The translations under genes and the position numbers were made by a program. From Meyerozyma guilliermondii (lineage: Eukaryota), in NCBI GenBank assembly GCA_051546255.1, contig CP128815.1, positions 310,001 through 374,000 on the forward strand: 64,000 bases of DNA, read 5' to 3'. A model generated the notes under the pieces. That model made no database searches and was not told the origin of the DNA. It worked only from the letters and a program-made list of their open reading frames with translations. Shown one piece after another: positions 50,773 through 61,967 of the stretch. How positions within the stretch are numbered: the first letter of the stretch is position 1; every line of letters starts with the position of its first letter.

Positions 50773-53019
50773 CTATGAAGTAGTTCTTTTCTCGGCCCTA
50801 ATGTGCACTAATTGATTCAAATTCGTGTTAGGTTTCAGTTTTTCTTCCACCTCTGAGTCCCTGACATTCACGCAAAAGTCGTCAATCCTGCCAAAAATAT
50901 CGTATAATACAAGTCCCAAATGCTTCATAAGAAAGTCTGTGACTTCGTTATTCCGATTCAATAAGGCCACCGAGTACGACACATTGTCAGCACCGAATAA
51001 TTTCACAAGCTCTTGCATCACCACTGTAATGAAATGGGGAATAATATCGTACAATTGCGTTAGGTCTAAGTCACCGTACATCTCACAACTGAAAAGGTCC
51101 AAAGTTCCTTTTCCGAATTGAAATACGGACAATTCAAGTGATCCCCCAGGTTTTAAGATTCTGAAAAACTCACCCAAAACAACTTTAAAATTCTTCGGTG
51201 TAAGTTGTAGGGCTAGGTCTCTTGATTGGATGATGTCGAATGTGTTAGAAGGTATGGATGCGAGTGACAGTGGGTAATATTGAAAATTGAATGGCTGGAG
51301 GTCGTCTGCCCCACCATTTGATTTATCACCCTTAGAACGCACATCTTGAACTAGCTCGACTAAATTTTTGGGAGTATAGTGTTGGAAGGTCTTGAAGTCT
51401 TCTATACTCAAATGTTGAAGGTACGACTTGTAGAAGTTCTCGTCATCGATTTCATAGTTCCAATACTCCTGCTCGTTGCGAGCGGTACCGTAATTGACAT
51501 AAAAATCGGGGACCTCGTTGCAAATGCTCATCTGATATACTCGTGCGAAGGGAATTGATAGAGACAAATGCCAAGTATACTGTGAGCTGTAGAAGTTGTT
51601 GTAAAGTAACACCTTTGGCGACCTCGTATTCCTGTCGTTAACTTGAGCTTTATACATCTCAAATATACGACGAACACTTCTGCTCTCGATGAGATAGTTA
51701 TTGTTCAACTTGGATAGGATGTGAATGTGATACTTTTCTAGTAAGACAAACTCATAGGAAACTTTCGTAACCATGTTCAAAATAGCTTGCGTGCCACTTG
51801 TGCCGATATCTGAACCCAATTCCTCTCGTTTCAACAGTTCCAAGCTCCTTTGGATATTACTGATACATTCCTTATACTCGTAGTGTGCCCTTTGAAATTC
51901 ATTCAATCGTGTTTCCGAGGAGGGCAACGTGCTAGGAAGACTGAAGGAGTATCTCACATAATTGATATAATTCAATTGAATAAGTTCTTCGCAGTTGATC
52001 ATTGGAGACCTATTAGGGTCTTCTGCAGTAACTTGTCTTAAAATGCGCCGCACAAGATTACGAGCTCGAAGTAATTGAAACGAGAGGTGCGCTTCATAAT
52101 GATGCATGTCCCTGAAATTCTGGGCTTCATTAGAATGGTGCCAATCGACAGCTATCAGGTGTTCTTTGATGAATTTCAGCAAACAATGGTTCCGAACAGA
52201 TGCGAAGTTTACGGGATCAGAGACGTGATGGTCTTTCAAAAACTCAATGAAGTTCTGATACCTTTGTATTTGAAATGCTGGGTTGAGGAACGAGCGATTG
52301 ACCAGTTCAATGGAATTCATGATGGATAAATCTGTGATTGGGATGTAGTCGGGGAGAGTCGGACTGAGGTCGACTTTTGTGGAGGGGCTTAAAACGTGTG
52401 CAAAAACTAATGATGATGAACTTCTCTTTTGTTTGAGATCCAGGGGTCTATTGGGGATCATACTTTCTACCTCAACGGATGGGGGAGTAGCCGTGGGGGA
52501 GGACCTTGCCAGCAGGTACGATTGATACGAAGTCATTGAACTGTTTCTACGGAACACCTTTCGTAAACTTGAAGGAACAGAAGATCCCGACACAGTCGAG
52601 TACGTTGAGCCTGAGCGGTGTTTGTCATTGGAAGCATCATTCGGCGTGGCTATGGGGCTCTTGTCTGAGTCCAGCCTTTTTGTTGATGGGGAGGTGCGGG
52701 AATCGGATGGAGAATTAGACGAGACTACGGGTGTCGGTACAACAATTTCGCTGGGAGCCGTCTCTTTTAGTTTCTGGAGTGAATGAGAGAGCTCTTTGGA
52801 ATCAACACCATTGTAAGGTCCCGCCGATTTTACGTCGTCATTACTTGTTTTGACTGATTGTGCACTTGAATGTGTACTGGCTGCATCGTCTTCCTCCGCT
52901 TTTGTAGAACTCGCGGATGACTTTCCATGTTTTCGATGACGGCCGGAACTACTTGATGGTTTCTTCTTGAGCTTCTGCTGTGTCTGATACAGCATCGATG
53001 GGACGATGTAAAAACTCAT
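50773..53019 (-). CDS. Hypothetical protein with a Ser-rich N-terminus and a C-terminal partial class I methyltransferase-like segment
   Basis: 748 aa; IPSNTFDIIQSRDL...VVLGEFFRILKPGGSLEL resemble SAM-MT motifs II/III; no obvious motif I. Confidence 0.6.
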   Translation of the reverse strand: MSFYIVPSMLYQTQQKLKKKPSSSSGRHRKHGKSSASSTKAEEDDAASTHSSAQSVKTSNDDVKSAGPYNGVDSKELSHSLQKLKETAPSEIVVPTPVVSSNSPSDSRTSPSTKRLDSDKSPIATPNDASNDKHRSGSTYSTVSGSSVPSSLRKVFRRNSSMTSYQSYLLARSSPTATPPSVEVESMIPNRPLDLKQKRSSSSLVFAHVLSPSTKVDLSPTLPDYIPITDLSIMNSIELVNRSFLNPAFQIQRYQNFIEFLKDHHVSDPVNFASVRNHCLLKFIKEHLIAVDWHHSNEAQNFRDMHHYEAHLSFQLLRARNLVRRILRQVTAEDPNRSPMINCEELIQLNYINYVRYSFSLPSTLPSSETRLNEFQRAHYEYKECISNIQRSLELLKREELGSDIGTSGTQAILNMVTKVSYEFVLLEKYHIHILSKLNNNYLIESRSVRRIFEMYKAQVNDRNTRSPKVLLYNNFYSSQYTWHLSLSIPFARVYQMSICNEVPDFYVNYGTARNEQEYWNYEIDDENFYKSYLQHLSIEDFKTFQHYTPKNLVELVQDVRSKGDKSNGGADDLQPFNFQYYPLSLASIPSNTFDIIQSRDLALQLTPKNFKVVLGEFFRILKPGGSLELSVFQFGKGTLDLFSCEMYGDLDLTQLYDIIPHFITVVMQELVKLFGADNVSYSVALLNRNNEVTDFLMKHLGLVLYDIFGRIDDFCVNVRDSEVEEKLKPNTNLNQLVHIRAEKRTTS

Positions 53020-53472
53020 CTTGAGCCGATCAGTTGATTATTACGATTGGCTCTCACTCCCGCTTTGCATATGTTTATGGGTGTTTGGAGTTTTTTACAT
53101 TATTTTATCGGAGTGGCTCATCTGAGTTTCTAAAGATTAAACCTGAAGGACGAAATTGGGATGTACTGGCATTTTTTTATCTCATTGGGACTCAAATGCT
53201 TCATGGAAATTATACGCAACAATTTTTCTGCACGAAAGATGTGTATTTCCTTACAAAGGGCCCTGTTACATACTGCGATTACGTCAGATGGATAAGGCTG
53301 CACAAGTTATGTACGGTGTAACGGATGTGGAAATAACTTTTCTTATCCCCAGAGTTTATGCGATGAAACGGCTGTGCGGTCATGTGCCTTAGTGTGCAGT
53401 CAGTATCTTGCTGTTCTTCGACTTTGCTTTTATCGAATTTCATTCTCAACTATCGACAGCAAGATAGCAATT

Positions 53473-53868
53473 ATGTATTTGGACGATATTTACAAGCGAT
53501 ACTATTACAACAACTACCGAAACAGAAATAGTAATTGGTATACTTACAGATGGTTACTTTGGCTCATCCTTGTCCCGGTTCTCTTCATTCTCGTGGCTCT
53601 CTTCTTTTTGAGAAGAAGAAGAAGAAGAAATCGTCAGGTAACTATGCAACCTAATAACCAATACTACGAGACTCAGCAAGCTGGAGGATACTACAATGGT
53701 CAGCAAGGTGGAAACTACGGCGATACCTCCACATATCCTCCCCAACAACCAGGTTATGGTGGAAGTGGCTCGTACCAACAAGGGTACAATAGAGAAGCAG
53801 AATACAATGTTAATGGTGATGACTTTTCTAGACCAGAAGGTCCACCTCCAGCTCATTACAAGGCATAG
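53473..53868 (+). CDS. RCR-family small single-pass membrane protein (likely start MYLDD)
   Basis: RWLLWLILVPVLFILVALFFL TM segment, RRRRRR stop-transfer, Q/G/Y-rich tail ending RPEGPPPAHY. Confidence 0.7.
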   Translation: MYLDDIYKRYYYNNYRNRNSNWYTYRWLLWLILVPVLFILVALFFLRRRRRRNRQVTMQPNNQYYETQQAGGYYNGQQGGNYGDTSTYPPQQPGYGGSGSYQQGYNREAEYNVNGDDFSRPEGPPPAHYKA

Positions 53869-53942
53869 ATGATACCTTACCCTTTATAATTGACTCGCGA
53901 AATAGTTATATATTGTTCACCTAATCTTTCTCATGTAGCACA

Positions 53943-55685
53943 TTAATTTTTCGAATCTCTAAGTGGCAGGACGTCAATGTGACTATCGACCTTTTCGTCC
54001 GAGGAAGCCTGCCCCAGAGGAACTTCATATCCACCATAGGTAATGGTTTCAGGCTCAAGATTCGATTTGGGTCCCTTGTACCACTTGTGAGCATCGACCA
54101 AGAACCAGATGAGCGAAAGCAACATGGGGCCAAAAAAGACAAGTGCAGTCCAGTTCATCTCATCTAAAGTCAAGTCTTTACCTCTAACAGTAGGGAAACA
54201 AAGAATGGGAATCATCACCAAAACGAAGGCGCAAGTGACAAAGCCGATGGGTCTAGAAAACCTTCCCAAGTTCCAAGGTCCTGGACGAAAAGTCTTGTGA
54301 GCTACTGTAATCTTCAACGCAGTGGGAACTGTGAAGGAAACAAAACCTGCAATACCACCAACGGAGAAAATGGCACCAATTGCAACATCACCAGCAAACA
54401 TAAGCAACAACAACAATTGTCCAAGCAACATGTTTATCCATACAGCATTGACTGGTGTTTGAGTGGTCTTGTTCACCAATTTCCAGTATCTTGATAATGG
54501 GAAAAGTCCATCTCTCGAGTAAGCGTAAGTGACACGCGAAGCCGCAAACATACAAGATCCACCCATGAAGAAAGAGGAGATGACTGTCATGGATGTTGCA
54601 ACCACAACAAGTTTTCTGTTTGAGAAGATCTGTGACAAGTACAGGACGAACGGTTGTCCCAAGCCCTGTGGATCCTCAGCAATTGTGTCCAAATCGACTA
54701 GAGTATAGGCTATCGCCAACATAAAGACAAAGCCTATAGCACCTCCACAGGTTGCGGTGAGAGTAATAGCCCTGGGAACCGCTAACTCTGGTGATGCGCA
54801 TTCCTCTGAGATGTGATAAGGGGAATCATACCCTGACATGGCCCAGATGACACCTAAGAAGGACATTAACATTGCAACTCCACTTGGGAATTCAGTTTGA
54901 TTAGTTAAACTCCAAGCTGTTGCGTTTGAGTTGAACTTGGGAATATCTGGATACAATGCTTGTCTGTCATTGCCAGCAAGAATCATCACAAAGACAATCG
55001 TCAAGAAGATCATGTTCAAGATGGTACCCATATTGTTGAATCTGGCCAAAAACTTTGTTGGCATGGAGGATATGATTGCATGGGCTATTTGAATGCCAGT
55101 TGTAAGACCATAGATCTGGCCATTTGTTGCAGAGTATCCTGGACTGTTGTAACTGTGAAGTGCCAACATTAGGCAAGCACAACTGTAATTAACCGATGGG
55201 GCTGCAGTAATCTGACACATCCAGTTACTGAAGCATGTTAACCATGTAAGTATTGGGGCATACTTTGGCGGTGCGAGTTGCGACACTGCGTACGGAGTAC
55301 CACTGCTACATGGCCAAACAGAAGCCACTTCCGCCATACTTAGGGCAACACTTGTGATGAACAAAATCGCCAATATCCACGGAATGGGAGACATTCCGAT
55401 CACTAATTGTTGGTAATCGAAGCATGCAGCAATAGAGGGTAATAATCCCAAAACCGAGAACGAGACACAGAAAATCGACCATAAGCTGAACTCACGACGA
55501 AACTCTTGCTTGTATCCCAAAGCAAGGATAAGAGCTTCATCTTTAGTAACCTGATGATCCAAGTTGATGGTTACGTCCTTGTTTGATAGTATACTAGTAA
55601 CATGAAAGTCATCGACGTGAACTTGCGAAACAATAGGGCTTAAGCCTTGTTCTGGTGTTTGCCTCTTCGAGTTCACTAATTGCAT
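53943..55685 (-). CDS. APC/ACT-family permease (GABA/polyamine, Uga4/Tpo5-like)
   Basis: LGYKQEFRREFSLWS.F.VSFSVLGLLPS, SMAEVAS, GYDSPYHISEE, SRVTYAYSRDG, TPVNAVW, GPWNLG, MNWT, AHKWYKGP. Confidence 0.9.
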   Translation of the reverse strand: MQLVNSKRQTPEQGLSPIVSQVHVDDFHVTSILSNKDVTINLDHQVTKDEALILALGYKQEFRREFSLWSIFCVSFSVLGLLPSIAACFDYQQLVIGMSPIPWILAILFITSVALSMAEVASVWPCSSGTPYAVSQLAPPKYAPILTWLTCFSNWMCQITAAPSVNYSCACLMLALHSYNSPGYSATNGQIYGLTTGIQIAHAIISSMPTKFLARFNNMGTILNMIFLTIVFVMILAGNDRQALYPDIPKFNSNATAWSLTNQTEFPSGVAMLMSFLGVIWAMSGYDSPYHISEECASPELAVPRAITLTATCGGAIGFVFMLAIAYTLVDLDTIAEDPQGLGQPFVLYLSQIFSNRKLVVVATSMTVISSFFMGGSCMFAASRVTYAYSRDGLFPLSRYWKLVNKTTQTPVNAVWINMLLGQLLLLLMFAGDVAIGAIFSVGGIAGFVSFTVPTALKITVAHKTFRPGPWNLGRFSRPIGFVTCAFVLVMIPILCFPTVRGKDLTLDEMNWTALVFFGPMLLSLIWFLVDAHKWYKGPKSNLEPETITYGGYEVPLGQASSDEKVDSHIDVLPLRDSKN

Positions 55686-56361
55686 CCTTCTCTAAGTTTT
55701 AGCTGAAGCACCATACAATCTCGGGAAAGACCGTATTTGCGGGGTCTGTGGCCGCATCGGTATTTTTATATAATACCTAGAAGTAGAAGAGGCACACCAT
55801 CAAGTTACACAAAAACCTTTCTTCGATAAGGGCCGCATGCAATTGCCGAATGCGTCGCACTGATAGCGAAAAAAAAGATTGCAGGACGGCGCTTCAGATC
55901 GGATCCAAAAGAGGAGAACCGCCAATCTCAAGTGTCAAGATTAGGCAGTTATAGTCAAGCCCTTAATCGTAAGAACCGAAACGGTCCCATTGGGTAACCG
56001 TAGTCGTCGATTGAAAATTTCATTGGACCGCAGTAGACAACAACCGGAGTACTTTTGCTGAGGATCGATGCAGTCGTGCACCTCGCTCGCTACAATCTAA
56101 ATTCTAACGAGTTTCATCGAAGCCTGCGCGGACTTACCCCTCGCCTCATCTTAGAAAAATAAAAGTATTGCCGTACAACACATTTCGGCAAAATATTCAT
56201 GTTTGAAAAACAATCTTACCCCTGATGAGATACGAAAAAACGGGAAATGCTAGCACTACGTCCTTGACATCTAAAGAGCGAGGGTTATAATCGTGGTACC
56301 ACGCATACTGCCGTATGCAGTACAAACACGTATAGGTCGCCGGTGGAGTTAGAAACGTTGT

Positions 56362-58962
56362 ATGTTAACCTCACTGGTGCGACGCAGCATAGTACTTTTG
56401 TTGGCTGCTTCATTGCATATAACTGGCTATCTATTGTTCTTGAAAGGTTTCTTCCCTGCCAAGACAGTACTACCTGGAGATCTGATTTTCCCCAATGAAG
56501 TTTCCCCGTATCTTTTCAAGGGCCATGCACAATTCGATAACTTGGTTCTAGTTGTGGTGGATGCCATGCGTTCAGACTTCATGTATGCTCAAGATATTTC
56601 TCATATGCCTTTTGTACATCAACTAGTTACTAAAGGTGATGCTTTACCTTTCACGGCGCATGCAAGCCCTCCAACGGTCACACTTCCACGACTTAAAGGT
56701 ATAACTTCTGGCAGCACCCCTAGTTTTCTTGATGCAATTTTAAATATCGCTGACGATAACGATGATACACAGGGTATGACTGGAAGTGACTCTTGGTTGA
56801 ATCAGCTTAAAAAACAAGGTAAGAGCTTGAGATTCTATGGTGACGATACATGGCTCAAATTATTCCCACCAGAGGAGTATTTCGATAGATATGAAGGCAC
56901 AAATTCATTTTTTGTCAGCGACTTTACTGAAGTTGATAATAATGTAACAAGACATTTGGATTCGGAATTGAATCGTATAAATGGTAATGATGTTTTGATT
57001 TTGCATTACCTTGGTTTAGATCACATTGGTCACAAAGGTGGCCCTCGTTCTCCGTATATGAAGGAGAAACAGGAGGAGATGGACGGCATAATAAAAAAAG
57101 TTTACGAAACAATTGCCAAGACCAATTCGTTATTAGTTGTCATGGGTGACCATGGCATGAATGAAATAGGCAATCATGGTGGTTCGTCCCCTGGAGAGAC
57201 AAGTCCTGGAATTTTATTTGCATCACCAAAATTCAGAAACTTAAGACACAATAACAAAGCTCCTATACCAGAAACGAAGGATTACCAATATTATAGGACT
57301 ATCTCGCAGGTGGACTTGGTGCCTACTCTCGCATCGCTATTGAATTTCCCGATTCCTAAAAATAGCGTGGGGGTGATAATCCAAGAGGTCTTAGACCTCT
57401 GGAGCAATGATCAAAGGTTTCTGATCTTAAAGAGTAACCTCGTACAACTTGCAAAATTGGCGGGTGAAGATATATGGACATCCGTGAAAGATTCAGATTC
57501 CGAAGAGAAATTGTATGAGCAATTGAAAAAACTTCTGTCAAATCTTCAAAGCGTTGCTACAGAATACAAATACTTCGACATCATTTGCGGATTACTTGGC
57601 TTACTTCTCGGGGGGCTTCTCTCCTTTGCTTTATTCGCTTCCTTCTGGAAAGGCAGTACTTTCGAGGTTGCTTTACATTACGCAATAGTGGGACTATATT
57701 CTGTTCACTTTCATGCATCCTCCTTGGTTGAAGAGGAACATCAAATTTGGTGGCTCATCAGTATCTCACTTTTGGCGTTTTATTGTTACCTTGGTCGATT
57801 TAAAAACTTACTTTCTTGCACATTGATTCTCCTATGTCTTCGAATAATACGAACATGGAGCAATTCGGGACAAAAGTATAAAACACAACTAACACTCGGA
57901 GAGATATTACTCAACAATAGCAACGTTCTTTGGATACTAGTTACCATCACTTATGCATTGCTTGCTGTGAGTATCTTTTGCCAGGGCAGTTTTATTGACT
58001 GCTTGACCTTGAGTAGGATTGACAACATGACGGATAAGGTTAGGGATTTCGGCACGCTTTTTGCCTTCATCTTGATTTTCGTCACTTGTTCCGTTTCACT
58101 TCTGTTCAAGCTATGCCAATGGGTTACCGACGGACATAGTGTGCCCAATATGAGCTACGGTATATTGAATTGGATCTGTGAATCATACGGTGTGGATTAT
58201 TCTACGGCAGACAAGCATGATTTTCAAGTCATTAACACACAGCTCTCGAGAAGTACAGCCTGGTTGGTGCTATCATTGCTTTTGTTGAGACTTATGCTAG
58301 GTAAGATTCGTGGTTTAAAAGCAGGGATGTGGACAGATGTCGCCAACATTACGACGGTATTGCTTCTACATCAAACTCGAGTCGAGCATATACCGATGTT
58401 CCTTGTATTTTTTGCTCTCAGGTTATTATTCGCAAGGCTTATCAAAAAAGAAGAGATCGCATCATCAAACCTACAGAAGCGCGTTTATTTGACAAGCATA
58501 ATGAGTTTTTGCGCACAACAATTGAGCTTTTTCTCGATGGGAGGTACGAACCTGTTAGCGACCGTCGATCTATCTAATGCTTATAACGGTGTCAGCTCGT
58601 ATGATGTCATAATAGTTGGACTTCTCACATTTGCATCTAACTTCAGTGGCCCTATATTCTGGGTATTATCATCATACCAACTTATCTTTGATCCCGACAG
58701 TGCACGGTACCAACAGAATTACGAGCGGTCGGTGATTGATAAGAAGTCGCTAACAAATCAGGTATTGTTACTCAAAGCAGGTATATCTTTGCTGTTTTAC
58801 AGTCTTTCCGCCGTTAGTTTGGCAGGATCTTGTGTGAACCTCAGGTATCATTTATTCATCTGGTCAGTGTTTTCCCCGAAATTACTCTATTTTGGTGTTT
58901 GGACTGTATTCATGAATCTATTCGTGGAGCTAATTATGTCAACATTAACACTACTAATTTAG
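56362..58962 (+). CDS. GPI7: GPI ethanolamine-phosphate transferase 2 (PIG-G)
   Basis: KGFFP, VVDAMRSDF, PPTVTLPRLKGITSGSTP.FLD, GDDTWLKLFP, LHYLGLDHIGH, GDHGM..GNHGGSS, GGTN(S)LATVDLS, LRYHLFIWSVFSPK. Confidence 0.93.
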   Translation: MLTSLVRRSIVLLLAASLHITGYLLFLKGFFPAKTVLPGDLIFPNEVSPYLFKGHAQFDNLVLVVVDAMRSDFMYAQDISHMPFVHQLVTKGDALPFTAHASPPTVTLPRLKGITSGSTPSFLDAILNIADDNDDTQGMTGSDSWLNQLKKQGKSLRFYGDDTWLKLFPPEEYFDRYEGTNSFFVSDFTEVDNNVTRHLDSELNRINGNDVLILHYLGLDHIGHKGGPRSPYMKEKQEEMDGIIKKVYETIAKTNSLLVVMGDHGMNEIGNHGGSSPGETSPGILFASPKFRNLRHNNKAPIPETKDYQYYRTISQVDLVPTLASLLNFPIPKNSVGVIIQEVLDLWSNDQRFLILKSNLVQLAKLAGEDIWTSVKDSDSEEKLYEQLKKLLSNLQSVATEYKYFDIICGLLGLLLGGLLSFALFASFWKGSTFEVALHYAIVGLYSVHFHASSLVEEEHQIWWLISISLLAFYCYLGRFKNLLSCTLILLCLRIIRTWSNSGQKYKTQLTLGEILLNNSNVLWILVTITYALLAVSIFCQGSFIDCLTLSRIDNMTDKVRDFGTLFAFILIFVTCSVSLLFKLCQWVTDGHSVPNMSYGILNWICESYGVDYSTADKHDFQVINTQLSRSTAWLVLSLLLLRLMLGKIRGLKAGMWTDVANITTVLLLHQTRVEHIPMFLVFFALRLLFARLIKKEEIASSNLQKRVYLTSIMSFCAQQLSFFSMGGTNLLATVDLSNAYNGVSSYDVIIVGLLTFASNFSGPIFWVLSSYQLIFDPDSARYQQNYERSVIDKKSLTNQVLLLKAGISLLFYSLSAVSLAGSCVNLRYHLFIWSVFSPKLLYFGVWTVFMNLFVELIMSTLTLLI

Positions 58963-58982
58963 AATGCTGAACGATAACACAA

Positions 58983-60149
58983 TCACTGTAAGAGAGGGTC
59001 TCTGAAATGAGGTTGATTGTTGATGAACTTTGCGGCTCGTCTATCATTAACATCTTCTCTCTTCTTAGCTCTGACCCATGCACGTTTTTGAGTGGCAAGT
59101 TCCTTGCGATCCTTGAAGCCCAGCATGTGTCTCGATTCAGCTGCAATGACTGTCCCCTGACCTTCGCTTAAGATCCGCTCCGGAGCAAGATTTTGGCGAT
59201 AATAACGAGCATGGGCTCTATTTCCTAAAACGGCGCCAGAAGGAAGAACAAGGTCAAGTCCGTCCCTATAGATAGCGTCTGTGGCCCCCAGAATGTCCTC
59301 GTCATCATCATCTGATGCATCTTCAACGTCTTCCCAATCGCCTTCATCACCTTCCGGAACATCTGACGTGTATGTTGATGAGAAGTCGTAAAAATCAGAG
59401 ATTTCTAGTTTCTCGTCTTCACTCTCATAGGGAATCTTCATGTGTCTCTTGTTGAGCATATGGTCACGGACTGCAACAATGTCCTTTCCTTGATACAGAC
59501 AGCACAAGCAAACATTACCGAAGCCTATTTTCTCACCTAAGTATTGAAGCAATCCTTGGATATCAGTCAAATACCTTCTTTCAGGAATGAATAAACCATG
59601 CTTCAATCGCATATGCTCTAAGTTTTCATCTAACGTAGCAAAATTCGACCCGTATTTTCTCTGGCAAAATAAGCATGTAGTGGGTGGTATGTCAACCTTG
59701 TTCTCCATTTTCTCCTTTATGAGGTCTTCTTGACTTGGCTCCGGTGAAGTTTCTTCATCAACTATGTCTTCGGGTATGCTCAGCTCATCCTGTTGTAATA
59801 CAGGACTTTCCTCCTTCAGCTCCAACTTTTGAACTGTAGGATTTTCAACATTAGATTCTTCCGTCATTGATCTTCTAGCCGTTTCAAGTAACTGGCGCTT
59901 CTGTTCGCGAATAGACTCCTTAGCTTTTCTGCGTGCTTCTTTCTTGGATTCTCTGTCTTTAGGTTCATTTGCAGAGGCATCGCCATCGGCATGAACGCTA
60001 ACTTTCGAACGAAAGGTCTCTTCGTCAACCGGTGGCAACTGGGCAACTCGACGTTTGAGATTGTACCTATGCCAGTCTGACCTCATATGTTCCTTTTGAC
60101 CTTGCAGGTCAGAAAACTCTAGCTTACAAGAGTTACAAGTATAATGCAT
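58983..60149 (-). CDS. REI1: Cytoplasmic pre-60S factor Rei1 (C2H2 zinc fingers); likely start MHYTC
   Basis: YTCNSC...HMRSDWHRYNLKRRVAQLPP, CLFC, HM..KHGLFIPE, DFYDFSS, RYYRQ, NNQPHFRDPLLQ. Confidence 0.93.
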   Translation of the reverse strand: MHYTCNSCKLEFSDLQGQKEHMRSDWHRYNLKRRVAQLPPVDEETFRSKVSVHADGDASANEPKDRESKKEARRKAKESIREQKRQLLETARRSMTEESNVENPTVQKLELKEESPVLQQDELSIPEDIVDEETSPEPSQEDLIKEKMENKVDIPPTTCLFCQRKYGSNFATLDENLEHMRLKHGLFIPERRYLTDIQGLLQYLGEKIGFGNVCLCCLYQGKDIVAVRDHMLNKRHMKIPYESEDEKLEISDFYDFSSTYTSDVPEGDEGDWEDVEDASDDDDEDILGATDAIYRDGLDLVLPSGAVLGNRAHARYYRQNLAPERILSEGQGTVIAAESRHMLGFKDRKELATQKRAWVRAKKREDVNDRRAAKFINNQPHFRDPLLQ

Positions 60150-60187
60150 TGTTTCAGATGGTTTCAATTAAGTCTGCTTTGAAATGT

Positions 60188-60206
60188 GCGATGAGACTCA
60201 CGTGAC
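60188..60206. promoter_or_regulatory. PAC (GCGATGAG) and TCACGTGAC (Cbf1) sites upstream of REI1
   Basis: Exact consensus matches about 40-55 bp upstream of a ribosome-biogenesis gene. Confidence 0.65.
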
Positions 60207-60782
60207 ACGAGATGGTGATCAGTTTACATCATCATGAGCTATCATTACATAATCATCCTTTCATCAATTATCATTTTTGGGTATACCACTATACAAGCTG
60301 TATTTATCGAGACAACAAGACTTCCTTTTGGGTCATGATGGGCCTGGTAGCCCCGAAATGGTTCTTCAAAGTGTCCCACTTGATGATCAGAATAGTTGAC
60401 AGCCTGGACTACACTGTAGCAGCAGCTAAAGTCTGTAGTCTTTGATGAATGATCAAGCGTGAGGATTGATGAAATAGTCTCTGCTTATGCATGAACGAGT
60501 CGTTTCAAAGATGGGGACACTAAAATCCACCTCACAGTTTTCTTTCTTCGTGCATTCCAGATCTCATCGAGGTCAACCCCTCCCCCACCAAATAGTTATG
60601 CACAGGTTAGGAGCCAAGGGCACACTACCATCGGAGTAATATTGAATAGTCTGGCCTTGGAGGGGTTCGTAGTCTAAAAGGGGCGGACAGCCAGGACTCA
60701 AGTATCGTCCCGACCCCAAAGAATACGATCATTTTGTTTCCCAACTTCTCCCTGTTTAACATAAATTTCTGCAGTCGCAAGT

Positions 60783-61727
60783 ATGACTATTCGATCTGCA
60801 CCATCGGTTCCAGAAGGAATTTACACTCCTATTCCTACATTTTACAAGAGCCAGAAGTTTGCAGTTGATTTCGAAACCACCGTTAAGCATGCGCAAATGT
60901 TGCACAAGGCTGGCATCACTGGATTGGTTGTTTCAGGATCAATGGGTGAGTCAACCAATCTCACTCTTCAAGAAAGGTGCAACTCTTTGAAGTCAATTCG
61001 CGATGCCATTCCTGACCCCAATTTCAAATTGATTGCTGGTGTTCCACCATCTAATGTGGCAGATGTGATTGCAGAGTCGCAACTTGCTGCCGATAACGGA
61101 GCAGACTTTTTGATTGTCTTAGTTCCTGGATATTTCGGGCCAAATTTAGTTAACCAGCAAGGGATTGTGGATTATTTTCAGTACGTTGCAAGTGGAAGCG
61201 CACTCCCGATAATTATCTACAACTATCCAAACACTTGCAACAATGTTAATATCAACATTGAAACGTTCGCTACATTGTCTCAGCATCCCAACATTGTCGG
61301 AGTCAAATTGACCCACTACAATTTTGACATGTACACTTTGTTGGGTTACGACAGTTCTTTTGAGGCCAATAACTTTAGATCCTTTACTGGACTCGGACAA
61401 GTTTTGGTTCCTTCGCTATCAGTAAACTTGTTCGGCACCATTGACGGCTTGTCAGGAATATTCCCAAAATCAATGGTAAAGTTGTACCAACTTTATAGGG
61501 CTGGTCAGTATGAGGAGGCTGCAACTTTGCAGTTTTTGGTTACAAGAGTTGACTTGATGATCACCGAGTTGAACATGTTGGGAGTGAAACACGCTTTAAA
61601 CCTGATATATGGTTTTGGTGAGTGCCTTTCAGGGAGACCACCATTGAGTAAAGCTGTGAACCTCACTGCCTATAACAAATACGCTGAAGATATCAAGAGG
61701 TTGTTAGATTACGAACAAAAACTCTAG
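60783..61727 (+). CDS. DHDPS/NAL-family class I aldolase, yeast LRA4 (2-keto-3-deoxy sugar-acid aldolase)-like
   Basis: GIYTPIPTF, GLVVSGSMGE, IIIYNYP (catalytic Tyr), HPNIVGVKLTH (Schiff-base Lys), FTGLGQVLVP, GRPPL; overall pattern resembles Scheffersomyces LRA4 and fungal keto-deoxy-hexonate aldolases. Confidence 0.85.
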   Translation: MTIRSAPSVPEGIYTPIPTFYKSQKFAVDFETTVKHAQMLHKAGITGLVVSGSMGESTNLTLQERCNSLKSIRDAIPDPNFKLIAGVPPSNVADVIAESQLAADNGADFLIVLVPGYFGPNLVNQQGIVDYFQYVASGSALPIIIYNYPNTCNNVNINIETFATLSQHPNIVGVKLTHYNFDMYTLLGYDSSFEANNFRSFTGLGQVLVPSLSVNLFGTIDGLSGIFPKSMVKLYQLYRAGQYEEAATLQFLVTRVDLMITELNMLGVKHALNLIYGFGECLSGRPPLSKAVNLTAYNKYAEDIKRLLDYEQKL

Positions 61728-61967
61728 TCAGTATACTCATTTCCACTATGCTTGTAGTATTGCTGATGCCGAAAACGGTTGCAAACCCGATCTTGTCAGC
61801 CTCATGCAGAGGTTGACGACAATAAGGTGCTCCCACTACTATTGAGCCGAACGAGTTTAGTGGAGGATCTTCCAGCTGTCGATAAACAACCTTCAAACCA
61901 TAACACGCTGAACTACTCATATGGTTCGTGATATTTTTATTTTCTTGCAACCACCGAAAGTATGGCT

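Noticed and set aside
56214..56245. CTGATGA-gatac-GAAA resembling a hammerhead ribozyme core
   Set aside because: Stem II would be only 1 bp, and I could not find compatible stem I/III pairing with an NUH cleavage site.
60212..60480. TGATGA-rich stretch as a C/D snoRNA, or a 77-aa ORF
   Set aside because: No convincing C/D box pair with a terminal stem; the ORF lacks protein-like features; more simply the aldolase/REI1 promoter.
60783..61727. True dihydrodipicolinate synthase
   Set aside because: Fungi make lysine by the alpha-aminoadipate pathway, and the GSMGE motif and overall sequence fit sugar-acid aldolases rather than GTTGE-type DHDPS.
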